Positions 33,332 to 41,984 of a stretch of 64,000 nt of DNA are shown one piece after another. The notes beneath the pieces are model-generated. The model saw nothing but the letters and a program-made list of their open reading frames with translations, did no database searches and was not told the origin of the DNA. The translations under genes were made by a program, and so were the position numbers. Location: IMG/VR virus record IMGVR_UViG_3300031418_000001, one strand, 5' to 3'. Source of the DNA: a virus (taxonomy: Duplodnaviria > Heunggongvirae > Uroviricota > Caudoviricetes). Each line of letters starts with the position of its first letter. Position 1 is the first letter of the stretch.

Positions 33332-33657
33332 TGAAAGAAGAACGCATTCTGGAAGCTCTCAAGCTGCTTAAACGTGGTGTAGTACCACGGCGGGAGTACG
33401 GTATCTGTATGAACCTGGATATTCTTCTGCATGATATTGATGGCTCTGATTACATCATGACGTACTTTGATGAATGGTTCGGTAACAAAGCTGCCTATCC
33501 AGTAGAAGGTAAGCAACGTACCGACAAATCCGACCTGAACAAAGTAGGTTATGAGAATAACCCCGAAAAGTGGAATCCAGACACTAAATTCGGTAAGAAA
33601 CGTCTTGAACTGGTACAGCGTCTTATTGATACTATTGAGGAAAAAATAAATGCCTGA
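33328..33657 (+). CDS. Hypothetical protein, paralog of 32317-32649
   Basis: [26 protein letters not shown]. Confidence 0.7.
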   Translation: MMKEERILEALKLLKRGVVPRREYGICMNLDILLHDIDGSDYIMTYFDEWFGNKAAYPVEGKQRTDKSDLNKVGYENNPEKWNPDTKFGKKRLELVQRLIDTIEEKINA

Positions 33658-34059
33658 ATATAAAGTACGTGTAAATTTTCAGGGATATGTTCGAGGTCAC
33701 TCTATTGTAACCGTACAAGCAGATTCTGAAGAAGAAGCACTCAATAAAGTACATTACATTGATGAAAGTACTATAAATCTTGCACGTAATGATACTGAGA
33801 TTACTGATAAAGAGATTGAATAATGAGAAGAGATGAAGAACGTGACAGCCGCAGTGATTTACTTGAATGCAAAGAACGTATCAAGCGAATCCTGCGTGAA
33901 TATAACTGTGAAATCAGCAGTACTTATGATTACAGTACCTTATATATCCGAGACAGAGACAATGATGAACGGGTAGGTTTAGACGAAAACGACGACTTTT
34001 AAGTACTTATAATTATAGTACATTTTTCTGAAACAATCTGAAAGATGTGCTATACTTAT

Positions 34060-34585
34060 AGTGTACAACTCTGATTGGCTTCACTGCAAGTGAAGATAAA
34101 ATAGAACCTGATCCTATCGAAAACGTAGATGGCAGATGAGCAGACCAACAGTGCGATGAGCAAATTAGACCCGTGGTGATTTTTACAGAACACGGCAATG
34201 TGGCTCAATAAAGAACCGGATAATACCCCGTAGGTTCCTCGATAGACATATAAGGCTTTGAACCTTACCAAATGGTATAAGGGAATCTAAGGTACTTTAC
34301 TTAGTCAAGCACTCACTCTGTTTACAATATAGTTGTATCCAGAATTTGAGTGGTACTTTAGATGCTTATCAATATAGTTCATGTTGTGTTGATAAGTAGT
34401 GTAGTGATGAACTACGACCGTTGCATATGAACAGAGATAGGAAGAAACAGGGCAACCCGCTTCCGTGCTTAGTGTAATTCTCTACATGAAATGTATGACG
34501 CACCAACGTCAGGTACAATATTCGTCCCTCCAGTGGGGGATGGAAATGTATTCAGAAACCACGTCAAGTATGATTGGTTAAACTA
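34060..34585 (+). ncRNA. Large structured non-coding RNA (~520 nt), family unassigned
   Basis: Promoter motif at 34029-34056; no + strand ORF; many hairpins (GCAA, GAAA loops) and long-range helix 34285-34295/34353-34363. Confidence 0.75.
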
Positions 34586-34688
34586 CTTAATAATAATTAT
34601 AATAGATCTGAATTGATATGAGTACTGAATGAACGTAGTGAATTCAATACGAATGAAATTCTTGACTTACGTAGTAAGGCAACTAAAA

Positions 34689-35051
34689 ATGAGTTATAAT
34701 AAATTAGAAACCCAAGAATTAATAAAAAAATATATTTCCTTAAAATATAATATTGATATTCCTTCTTTTAATGCAGTTCTTACTATAGGTGAGAGTAAGA
34801 ATGTTTACTTTCTTGAATTAATATATCATGGTATCTGGTATTCAATAAGTAACAAACATCCGTTAATGATTCAAGAAAGTAAACAAAAGGGTTCAAGACT
34901 TCTTTATGTAGATGATATTGGGTTAACTAAAGAAGAATATTTTAATTATTCCATAATGTATAATTTCCTTGAAATTATACGTCTTGAAAATGTGAAAGAA
35001 CTAACTGAATTCATTTATAATGAACTTCTACCTTTAGTACTGGATAAGTAA
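34689..35051 (+). CDS. Hypothetical protein, F(N/Q)-motif family
   Basis: GLTKEEYFNYSIMYN. Confidence 0.7.
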   Translation: MSYNKLETQELIKKYISLKYNIDIPSFNAVLTIGESKNVYFLELIYHGIWYSISNKHPLMIQESKQKGSRLLYVDDIGLTKEEYFNYSIMYNFLEIIRLENVKELTEFIYNELLPLVLDK

Positions 35052-35052
35052 T

Positions 35053-35394
35053 ATGAAAAAAGATTATGGAAAATTCAAAAAGTATCTAAAAGACGAATTT
35101 AATTATGTACCTGATGGTATCTATTTCGACTTATTTGATATAGAACCAAGCTCATATTATTTTGAATTTGCATCCAGTACTAATATTCTAATTATCGAAG
35201 AAGATAAGGTTGAATTAACTGAATATGATAATCCACTAAATGTCATACATTTCAGCAGTAATGGTACAAGTACCGATGAGTACTTTAATCTTTATTTGAT
35301 TGATGAATTGGCAATTTTATCTAAAGTTGAAAATGTACAAAAATTAAGAAACCACATGAAAGAACAATTGTTGGCGGATTTGATAAAATGGTAG
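35053..35394 (+). CDS. Hypothetical protein, F(N/Q)-motif family
   Basis: GTSTDEYFNLYLIDE. Confidence 0.7.
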   Translation: MKKDYGKFKKYLKDEFNYVPDGIYFDLFDIEPSSYYFEFASSTNILIIEEDKVELTEYDNPLNVIHFSSNGTSTDEYFNLYLIDELAILSKVENVQKLRNHMKEQLLADLIKW

Positions 35395-35825
35395 ATTTAG
35401 TAGATGAACGTTCAGAAGAATTAAAGAGACACTGGCTTGATGTTGAAAAGTACATTGAAAACGAACTTGGTTTTAAAATTAAAAATTTTATATGCGGTGT
35501 TAATGATGGTGGTTCTATGGTTCAATTTGAAATCAAAGAACAGAGATTTTTAATTGATCAAAAGAAAATCATAGAAAGTACCTTTGACTCAGGATACGCA
35601 CATCATCTTGTAACTCGCAGGATGGAAAGTGGTTTTAGTAATGATGAATTCTTTAATATGTCATTACAAGATGAAGTAAGTGAAGTACTGAAAGAAGAAA
35701 ATATCTCTAAAATACGAAAGTATATTAAAGATGCTTTGCAAAATTATGTATCGTACCTGATTGAACTTGAAGGTCATATAAAGTTTAAAAATAAAGATGG
35801 AGAAGAAACAAATGAAAAGTCTTAA
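35388..35825 (+). CDS. Hypothetical protein, F(N/Q)-motif family
   Basis: GFSNDEFFNMSLQDE. Confidence 0.7.
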   Translation: MVDLVDERSEELKRHWLDVEKYIENELGFKIKNFICGVNDGGSMVQFEIKEQRFLIDQKKIIESTFDSGYAHHLVTRRMESGFSNDEFFNMSLQDEVSEVLKEENISKIRKYIKDALQNYVSYLIELEGHIKFKNKDGEETNEKS

Positions 35826-36078
35826 AGAAATGTTTAAAGCACTACCTGGAAACGTCCTTACTGAACTGAAAGCAGAGAAAGATAAGCTAAGTCTGAACTC
35901 TGTAACTAAACGTGTAGTACTGGCGGTACTGTTCCTGATTGTTACCTCTGTTCTCGGTGCAATTATTACTGGAGTATTCAGTACTGGTATCATTTCCTCT
36001 GTTCTGATGATTCTGGTAGTAACCGTTCTGCTGACAGTCTATCAAGTACTTGATCGTGCAATTGATAAAAGTGCTTAA
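35812..36078 (+). CDS. Hypothetical membrane protein
   Basis: GGAG RBS, two TM helices, terminator at 36085-36110. Confidence 0.7.
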   Translation: MKSLKEMFKALPGNVLTELKAEKDKLSLNSVTKRVVLAVLFLIVTSVLGAIITGVFSTGIISSVLMILVVTVLLTVYQVLDRAIDKSA

Positions 36079-36124
36079 TTGATTAAAGGGGAGCTTAGGC
36101 TCCCTTTTTTATTTGAGGTACTTT

Positions 36125-36505
36125 ATGCCAACATTTAAATCCCTTTATGAAGTAAAATTAGAAGACTTAACCTTAGATAAGTTCATTGAAGATGGATTAT
36201 CTTATTATAAAGAATATAGCGATTTCAGGTTATACATACATAATAATGTTATGGAATTCTATCATCTTTCATCAACAAGAAAAAACTTTATAATTACTAC
36301 ATTCACCAATGGGTTAATAAAAGATAGTTCAGTGAATAGTTTTTGGCATATGCCATTAGATCCTATTCAAAATAAAGATGACCTTTTTAATATATCAGTA
36401 CAAAAAGATACTTATGATTTAGATTTAGATATTATCAGATACATTGAAAGTATTATTAAAGAAGTTCGTAAGAACTTTTATGATGAATTAAACAACCTGA
36501 GATAA
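36125..36505 (+). CDS. Hypothetical protein, F(N/Q)-motif family
   Basis: IQNKDDLFNISVQKD. Confidence 0.7.
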   Translation: MPTFKSLYEVKLEDLTLDKFIEDGLSYYKEYSDFRLYIHNNVMEFYHLSSTRKNFIITTFTNGLIKDSSVNSFWHMPLDPIQNKDDLFNISVQKDTYDLDLDIIRYIESIIKEVRKNFYDELNNLR

Positions 36506-36508
36506 AAA

Positions 36509-36910
36509 ATGAATGGATCACCTGAAATAATCAGACGTTTTCTTGATAGTACTATCATAGAATTAAATGTGGACTTAATTAGCAGGGAAAAATTCTCAAG
36601 AAATTCTTACCATCTTAATTACCGTAGTGGGAAAAATTCAATAATGGCATTTGTTAACTCATTTGTAATAGCAAATGATGTTTTCATTAAAGAATGCAAA
36701 ATAGATCCAATACATGAAATATTTGAAATACATTTTAATAGAACACGTGAAATGAAGGTTGAACTCCTACATATCCATGACAAAACTGATTTCTTTAATT
36801 ATATTGTACAGAATGAAGCCCCTGGTATGACCTATGATGATGTGCTAAAAATAAAGCTAATTATTGAAAAGATGAATGCAGAAGTTTACCGTAAGTGGAA
36901 TAGATTATGA
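36509..36910 (+). CDS. Hypothetical protein, F(N/Q)-motif family
   Basis: IHDKTDFFNYIVQNE. Confidence 0.7.
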   Translation: MNGSPEIIRRFLDSTIIELNVDLISREKFSRNSYHLNYRSGKNSIMAFVNSFVIANDVFIKECKIDPIHEIFEIHFNRTREMKVELLHIHDKTDFFNYIVQNEAPGMTYDDVLKIKLIIEKMNAEVYRKWNRL

Positions 36911-37263
36911 TGAATCTACAACGTTTAAAAACAGAACTGGATGTTTCTCATATAAAAAAAGTAGGATTCCGGCCATTATCTAATTTCTATCTTTATGAAA
37001 ATCCAAAAATTCTTATAGAAATTAAAGATGGGAAAGTTATTTTTTATCTTGGTGATGGTCATTTAATATCTGAGGGTAATTTACTTGTTATCAGTTCAAT
37101 GAGTTCAGCTATAAGTACTTTAATTGATATTAAGGGAATTGATAAAGACCAATTGTTTAATGAATCACTTATTCAAGAGCTTTATGGTTTAGATATGGAT
37201 TGTATTAATATTATCAATGAAGTACTGAATATTGTTAAAGAGGTAAAGTTAAAAAATGATTGA
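36907..37263 (+). CDS. Hypothetical protein, F(N/Q)-motif family
   Basis: GIDKDQLFNESLIQE. Confidence 0.7.
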   Translation: MMNLQRLKTELDVSHIKKVGFRPLSNFYLYENPKILIEIKDGKVIFYLGDGHLISEGNLLVISSMSSAISTLIDIKGIDKDQLFNESLIQELYGLDMDCINIINEVLNIVKEVKLKND

Positions 37264-37633
37264 CTATAACCAGATTATGCAAGACCTGCCAGTACAGAAC
37301 TTTATTAAAAGTAACTTTAAACGTGATCCTGATTATATGGGATACAGCTATAAAATACAAAATGTAAGATGTATTGTTTCTGAATCATTTATATCCTTTC
37401 CTACTATTGAAGGGAAATTTTATCTTACAATAGGTAATTATCCAGAAGCTGCATTTCATGCTGAAAAACTTGAAGATGATTGGGGTTTTGAATTAAATGA
37501 TATTCATTCTAATGCTGACCTTTTCAATATCCACGTAGAAAAGAACATGTTCGGCATGGACTATAAATTTTGTGAGTACTTAAAGGCATTGCGAGTGCAA
37601 GTCATTAAAGAATTTTTTCCCTGGAAAATGTGA
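37256..37633 (+). CDS. Hypothetical protein, F(N/Q)-motif family
   Basis: IHSNADLFNIHVEKN. Confidence 0.7.
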   Translation: MIDYNQIMQDLPVQNFIKSNFKRDPDYMGYSYKIQNVRCIVSESFISFPTIEGKFYLTIGNYPEAAFHAEKLEDDWGFELNDIHSNADLFNIHVEKNMFGMDYKFCEYLKALRVQVIKEFFPWKM

Positions 37634-37681
37634 AAAAATTCGTGAAACAAAAAAGATTTATGTCCTATACTAATAGTATCA

Positions 37682-37771
37682 GGAGAGTTGGCAGAGTGGT
37701 CTATCGCAAACGCCTACTAAGCGTTCGGGGAGTCAAATCCTCCGTGGGTTCGAATCCCACACTCTCCGCCA
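37682..37771 (+). tRNA. tRNA-Ser(ACT)
   Basis: GGAGAGT/ACTCTCC acceptor, G73-CCA, long variable arm, anticodon arm aacgc-ctACTaa-gcgtt, GTTCGAATC T-loop. Confidence 0.9.
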
Positions 37772-37777
37772 TTTTAT

Positions 37778-37845
37778 GCCCGTCATGGTGGTTCAGAGCC
37801 TCTAAAACTCAAGCAATAAGAGTTCGATTCTCTTACGGTGCACCA
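37778..37845 (+). tRNA. Atypical or degenerate tRNA with CTA (amber) anticodon
   Basis: Perfect T-arm aagag-ttcgatt-ctctt, ACCA end, bulged 6-bp acceptor, loop ctCTAaa, reduced D-arm. Confidence 0.55.
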
Positions 37846-37893
37846 AATTAATTATGGAGTTAGCTAATGAAATAGACCCGTCCAACTTTAAAA

Positions 37894-38220
37894 ATGTTTC
37901 AATGGGGTAACGATAAATTTTCCCATTTAGGTTATAAGATATTCACTATAGCCTTTTGTAAGAGATTTGATTTATATCTCTTCCACTACAAAGAAGGTTC
38001 CTTCATTCCGAAGCATAAAGACCCTTCGTTCGGTATGAAACATTACCGATTAAATGTAGTACTCAAGAAACCCGATAAAGGTGGAGAGTTTGTTTGTAAG
38101 AATAAGCTATCCCTGTTTAATGGTAGAGTAGTACTGTTCAGAGCAGATACGGAATACCATAAAATAACTAAAATAGAAAAAGGCTCCAGATGGTTGCTTA
38201 GCTTAGGGATAAGATTATGA
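37894..38220 (+). CDS. 2OG-Fe(II) oxygenase-like protein
   Basis: Y.EG..I..H.D, GGEF, F.....H......G.RW.L. Confidence 0.75.
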   Translation: MFQWGNDKFSHLGYKIFTIAFCKRFDLYLFHYKEGSFIPKHKDPSFGMKHYRLNVVLKKPDKGGEFVCKNKLSLFNGRVVLFRADTEYHKITKIEKGSRWLLSLGIRL

Positions 38221-38441
38221 CTAAAAGATACAGACCGGATATTCATACTGAGTACTCTTGGTACGGTGAATTTGCAGACCACTTTCCTTGTATGAAACAA
38301 GACAAAGACGGTGCGTATGTAACTTTCGAATCTCATAATGTTACAGCTAAGCAGTTACATAACGTAATCGAAAAGAATAAGAAGCTAAAAGCCGAAATTG
38401 AATCTTTGAAAAACGAATTAAATAAGTTGAAAAATTCGTGA
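38217..38441 (+). CDS. Hypothetical protein
   Basis: 74 aa, ATGA overlap. Confidence 0.6.
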   Translation: MTKRYRPDIHTEYSWYGEFADHFPCMKQDKDGAYVTFESHNVTAKQLHNVIEKNKKLKAEIESLKNELNKLKNS

Positions 38442-38562
38442 AACAAAAAAGATTTATGTCCTATACTTATAGTGTTGATTATATTTTTATTGTAGTTTTG
38501 TTTTTCATTTTTATTTTCCTCTGATGTTTTATTTTAAGGGTTATGCAAAGTAACCCTTATTT

Positions 38563-38636
38563 GCTTCCTTAGCAAAATTGGCTAATGCACCCGACTTGTA
38601 ATCGGGAGATTCTCGGTTCGAGTCCGAGAGGGAGCA
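38563..38636 (+). tRNA. tRNA-Thr(TGT)
   Basis: GCTTCCT/AGGGAGC acceptor, cccga-ctTGTaa-tcggg, T-arm; no encoded CCA. Confidence 0.92.
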
Positions 38637-38657
38637 CAAATTTATATTGGTACTATA

Positions 38658-39083
38658 ATGACAAGAAAAGTTAGTTCTTCAATAAAGTTAACGTATAAAG
38701 TACTTTTAAATAATAAAAAGAACTTCATAACGAAGGATCTAAAGCATTGGAATGATTATAGCTTCGGTAATTACATTACTTTGGCTACTTATAAAGATTA
38801 TGAGATTGAAAAGAGAAATTCAGATCATTATAAAATACGCTTAAGTCCGTACTTTGGACTTTCATTCAAAAATGATACGAATGAATGTCAGATACAGACA
38901 AGAAAATTTGGAGAACCAAAGTCACATTACACCTACATTGATTTGAATATCACTACACGTGATGAATTCTTTAATCATATGATGTGCAATGATATTGGTA
39001 CTCTAACGTTTGAAGATTTAGAAGTACTAAAACAAATTAAAAATTTAACTCTTAAAATTATAAAAGGAAATCTTAATGGCTAA
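38658..39083 (+). CDS. Hypothetical protein, F(N/Q)-motif family
   Basis: ITTRDEFFNHMMCND..LTFEDL. Confidence 0.7.
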   Translation: MTRKVSSSIKLTYKVLLNNKKNFITKDLKHWNDYSFGNYITLATYKDYEIEKRNSDHYKIRLSPYFGLSFKNDTNECQIQTRKFGEPKSHYTYIDLNITTRDEFFNHMMCNDIGTLTFEDLEVLKQIKNLTLKIIKGNLNG

Positions 39084-39705
39084 AATGACACTTACCCAAG
39101 CATTAGTTGAACTGAAAAAACTTGATTCACAGATCAAACGTAGTACTTCGCAGCAGTTCATCGGGTACGTTACCGGTTCAGGTATTTGGGAAAAAACAAG
39201 TGATCGTCGTCATGCTGATAAAGCACAGGCAGAGAAAGCATATCAAGCTGCACTTGACCAAGTACAGTCACTGATTACTCGCCGTACAACTATCAAGAGT
39301 GCTGTTGTTCAGGCTAACGCTACCACTAAAGTAAAAGTTGGTGATGTAGAAATGACTATTGCGGAAGCAATTGAGCGTAAGAACAGCATCAGTATTCAGC
39401 AATCCCTTTTGGGTACACTGATTAAGCAACATGCAGAGGTTGTTAACACAGTAACCCGTCTGGATCACCAGACCAATACTGAAATCAGTCAGCTTCGTGA
39501 AACACTGTCAAGTACTGGTAAGCTGGATGATACCAAACTGAAGCAGGGTTCAGAAGACATTATGACCAAGCAAAAGGCATCACTTGTTGATCCTAACAAG
39601 CTGTCTGACCTGATTGACAAACTGACTGCTGAAATTGAAGATTTCCTGTCAAACGTTGATGTTGCACTGTCTGTAGCTAACGCTACAACCGAAATCGACG
39701 TGTAG
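39076..39705 (+). CDS. Coiled-coil protein (resembles DIP1984/DUF6847-type family) linked to downstream ncRNA
   Basis: MTLTQALVELK.L...I, IKSAVVQANA.T, MTIAEAI.RK, LVDP, IE.F...VD.ALS..NA.T.I; family name from recall, unverified. Confidence 0.7.
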   Translation: MAKMTLTQALVELKKLDSQIKRSTSQQFIGYVTGSGIWEKTSDRRHADKAQAEKAYQAALDQVQSLITRRTTIKSAVVQANATTKVKVGDVEMTIAEAIERKNSISIQQSLLGTLIKQHAEVVNTVTRLDHQTNTEISQLRETLSSTGKLDDTKLKQGSEDIMTKQKASLVDPNKLSDLIDKLTAEIEDFLSNVDVALSVANATTEIDV

Positions 39706-39711
39706 TAATTT

Positions 39712-40075
39712 TCTGGCACGAGAGTGCCAGATTAGTTAAGTACTTTGGCGTATCTACTGACGAGCCAAACAATCACAGTTCTGTATTACCAGCGGAACTG
39801 AAACTACTGGTGAACTATAATGGTTTATTATACTATACATATAAATGATTCCTTTTGGTGGTTGGGGCCAACCTAATCAACCACCGTAACGATCAACGAT
39901 GTAAAGTTTAACTTTTATAAGTTTAAAGATTTATAAGTTTAAAGTTATAAAGTTCCAAAGTTTAACGTACTTAGAGATTCTTCAAATCCTTGGTATTCGG
40001 GAACGGTAACGTGTGATTCTGACCTGGGCTTGCGACAAGGCTGGTAACATAGGTCAAAGTACTTTATTAATCTGG
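39712..40075 (+). ncRNA. Structured ncRNA with internal AA(A/C)G(T/A)T repeat tract
   Basis: 23-nt closing helix 39727-39749/40053-40075, internal hairpins, pseudoknot 39786-39792/40041-40047, terminator 40088-40110. Confidence 0.75.
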
Positions 40076-40130
40076 TACAAAAAATACAAAGCACCTAAAT
40101 GGTGCTTTTTCTATTTCAAAGGTACACTAA

Positions 40131-40415
40131 ATGCAAACTCAAGATTACAAAAATCGGCCTACTATCAAACTACTTACTATGATCTATAAAGTACGTTCTG
40201 AGATTGAAGTACACCGTAAAGCGATTCGTGCGAGCATTAAAGATAAGAAACCCGTTGTTCATCGTCTATCACATATGGTTGTATTAAGTATGTGTCAGGT
40301 GCATCTTGGGCTGATGGAACAACTTTCCGTAAATCTGGCAGCAGTCGATCCAGAACGCGATGAAAAAATTGAAGAACTGTGTCATTTATTTTGGGATCTA
40401 TATGGAACTAAATAA
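40131..40415 (+). CDS. Hypothetical protein
   Basis: 94-aa ORF. Confidence 0.65.
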   Translation: MQTQDYKNRPTIKLLTMIYKVRSEIEVHRKAIRASIKDKKPVVHRLSHMVVLSMCQVHLGLMEQLSVNLAAVDPERDEKIEELCHLFWDLYGTK

Positions 40416-40914
40416 CTATCTTGATTTTGTAGTAGAACTTAATGAGCACTTAAAGAAGAATAATGGTGATATTCAAACATTTGGTTCTCATGAGTTTAAT
40501 GATAATGAAATTGAATTTCATCGTGAGAAAAACCCTGACGGTACATCTTTTAATTTCGTCAGTACTGGTGAGAATAAAACATACTTCGGAGCAGTTGAAG
40601 TTGAATACTTTAATAGTACTCCAGTTATTTTCCTTCGCTTACCTACTTATTGTGTATTCTATGACGGTAATTATGGTTACGTTAATAAAATGCGTGAAAT
40701 GGCGAAATCACCGATTTATGAATTTAGCACAGTAAAGACACATGTAAAATACTGCAATGATTTAGATGATAGTACTTCATTTCAATACAAACTTGTTGAA
40801 GATAACATCGACAATATTCTTACATTGGTGAAACTTCTTCGTGAAATGGTTGAAACCGACAAGTACGATTCGATTGTGAAAGCACCGTTGAGAGTACAAA
40901 ATAATGTTCAATAA
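40402..40914 (+). CDS. Hypothetical protein (weak F(N/Q)-motif)
   Basis: LDDSTSFQYKLVED near C-terminus. Confidence 0.65.
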   Translation: MELNNYLDFVVELNEHLKKNNGDIQTFGSHEFNDNEIEFHREKNPDGTSFNFVSTGENKTYFGAVEVEYFNSTPVIFLRLPTYCVFYDGNYGYVNKMREMAKSPIYEFSTVKTHVKYCNDLDDSTSFQYKLVEDNIDNILTLVKLLREMVETDKYDSIVKAPLRVQNNVQ

Positions 40915-41140
40915 AATTCAGGATGCTAAAATTCTTGTTCGTAATAAAGGTAATTACCGTGAGCTTGACCTTTATGAATTCAAGAATGAAGTATATGCGA
41001 AATTCGGTTCAGGGTACATGAAGATTATGTACGGTAATCTTACTTCTAATGCGAGTTACCGATGGATTGAATTTAGCGGCATCGAAGCTAACTATAAAAA
41101 TTCGGTACTAATCCATGAACAAGTACAAAATACAGAATGA
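40904..41140 (+). CDS. Hypothetical protein
   Basis: 78-aa ORF in tandem. Confidence 0.6.
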   Translation: MFNKIQDAKILVRNKGNYRELDLYEFKNEVYAKFGSGYMKIMYGNLTSNASYRWIEFSGIEANYKNSVLIHEQVQNTE

Positions 41141-41615
41141 ATTAAGAGCAATTGCTAACTTAACTGAGGAAGACATTAACAAAGAACTTGAACCATTTGG
41201 TTTAAAGTTCAGAGTAGTGATTACTCAGCATGTAGCAGACAGAATCATTGACCGGTCAGAAAATGTAGTACGTGATATTCGCAACATTAATTTTGTGATG
41301 CAGCAATTACGTAAGAATTATATTTGCAATCTTATGTACTATGCAGAAGAAACGCATCGTCTGTTGGTATATTTTAATTACAGAAAAATTGCACATGAAT
41401 GCTTTGCATTAGGTACTACCTTACATGTACAGGATTCAGTAATAAAGTTCACAGTACGTACTTTTATGCCTGATTTTAAAACAAATAACTTAAGTACTAA
41501 AGAACGTCTTCTTATTAAAGAACCAGTAAAGAAAATCTTTAATGTTAACTCTACATTACAGAGAATGATTTATTCTGATTCCTGTCCAGAAGTACTTAAG
41601 ATGTTAAGGATTTGA
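41115..41615 (+). CDS. Hypothetical protein
   Basis: 166 aa; ITQHVADRIIDR loosely resembles the BECR RNase-fold H..R..R pattern. Confidence 0.6.
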   Translation: MNKYKIQNELRAIANLTEEDINKELEPFGLKFRVVITQHVADRIIDRSENVVRDIRNINFVMQQLRKNYICNLMYYAEETHRLLVYFNYRKIAHECFALGTTLHVQDSVIKFTVRTFMPDFKTNNLSTKERLLIKEPVKKIFNVNSTLQRMIYSDSCPEVLKMLRI

Positions 41616-41619
41616 TTAT

Positions 41620-41970
41620 ATGGAAGTACCATTAGATATTATAAATGAATTGCTGAGTGAGGCACATTCTAAGCTATCAGTACTCCCCCAGGACGACCCA
41701 GCAGCGAAATACTTCACTGTTGCTGTGAAACGCCTCATCAACGAATTGAACGCACAGTACATCTATATACGGTACAAGTTCACTGCGTCAGATGAATGGG
41801 ACTATGCGAAGTTTGAGAAGTCCTGGTTTGATGAAATGGGTGACGATGATATTGAAGAAGAGGTCACAAATTATCCAGAGAACTCCTGGATGCATGACAG
41901 TTGGCGAACATATAGCATAACTTACGAAATCTGCACAAGGGACGAGTACGAAAAAATAAAAGGGTTTTAA
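41620..41970 (+). CDS. Hypothetical protein
   Basis: 116-aa ORF. Confidence 0.65.
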   Translation: MEVPLDIINELLSEAHSKLSVLPQDDPAAKYFTVAVKRLINELNAQYIYIRYKFTASDEWDYAKFEKSWFDEMGDDDIEEEVTNYPENSWMHDSWRTYSITYEICTRDEYEKIKGF

Positions 41971-41984
41971 CATATTGACAACTG

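Noticed and set aside
34060-34585. RNase P RNA or group I/II intron
   Set aside because: I found no GAGGAAAGUCC P4 signature, no group I core motifs like those at 44931-45167, and no flanking split exons.
37630-37851. Track ORFs overlapping RNA genes (also 56548-56745, 57916-58116, 57971-58171, 58128-58313, 58410-58595, 61599-61808, 62621-62821)
   Set aside because: They coincide with tRNA, tmRNA or ncRNA structures and lack convincing RBS or protein features.
39888-39978. Repeat tract as a CRISPR array or replication iterons
   Set aside because: Units are ~6 nt, degenerate, have no spacers and lie inside a base-paired RNA frame; no cas genes in the window.
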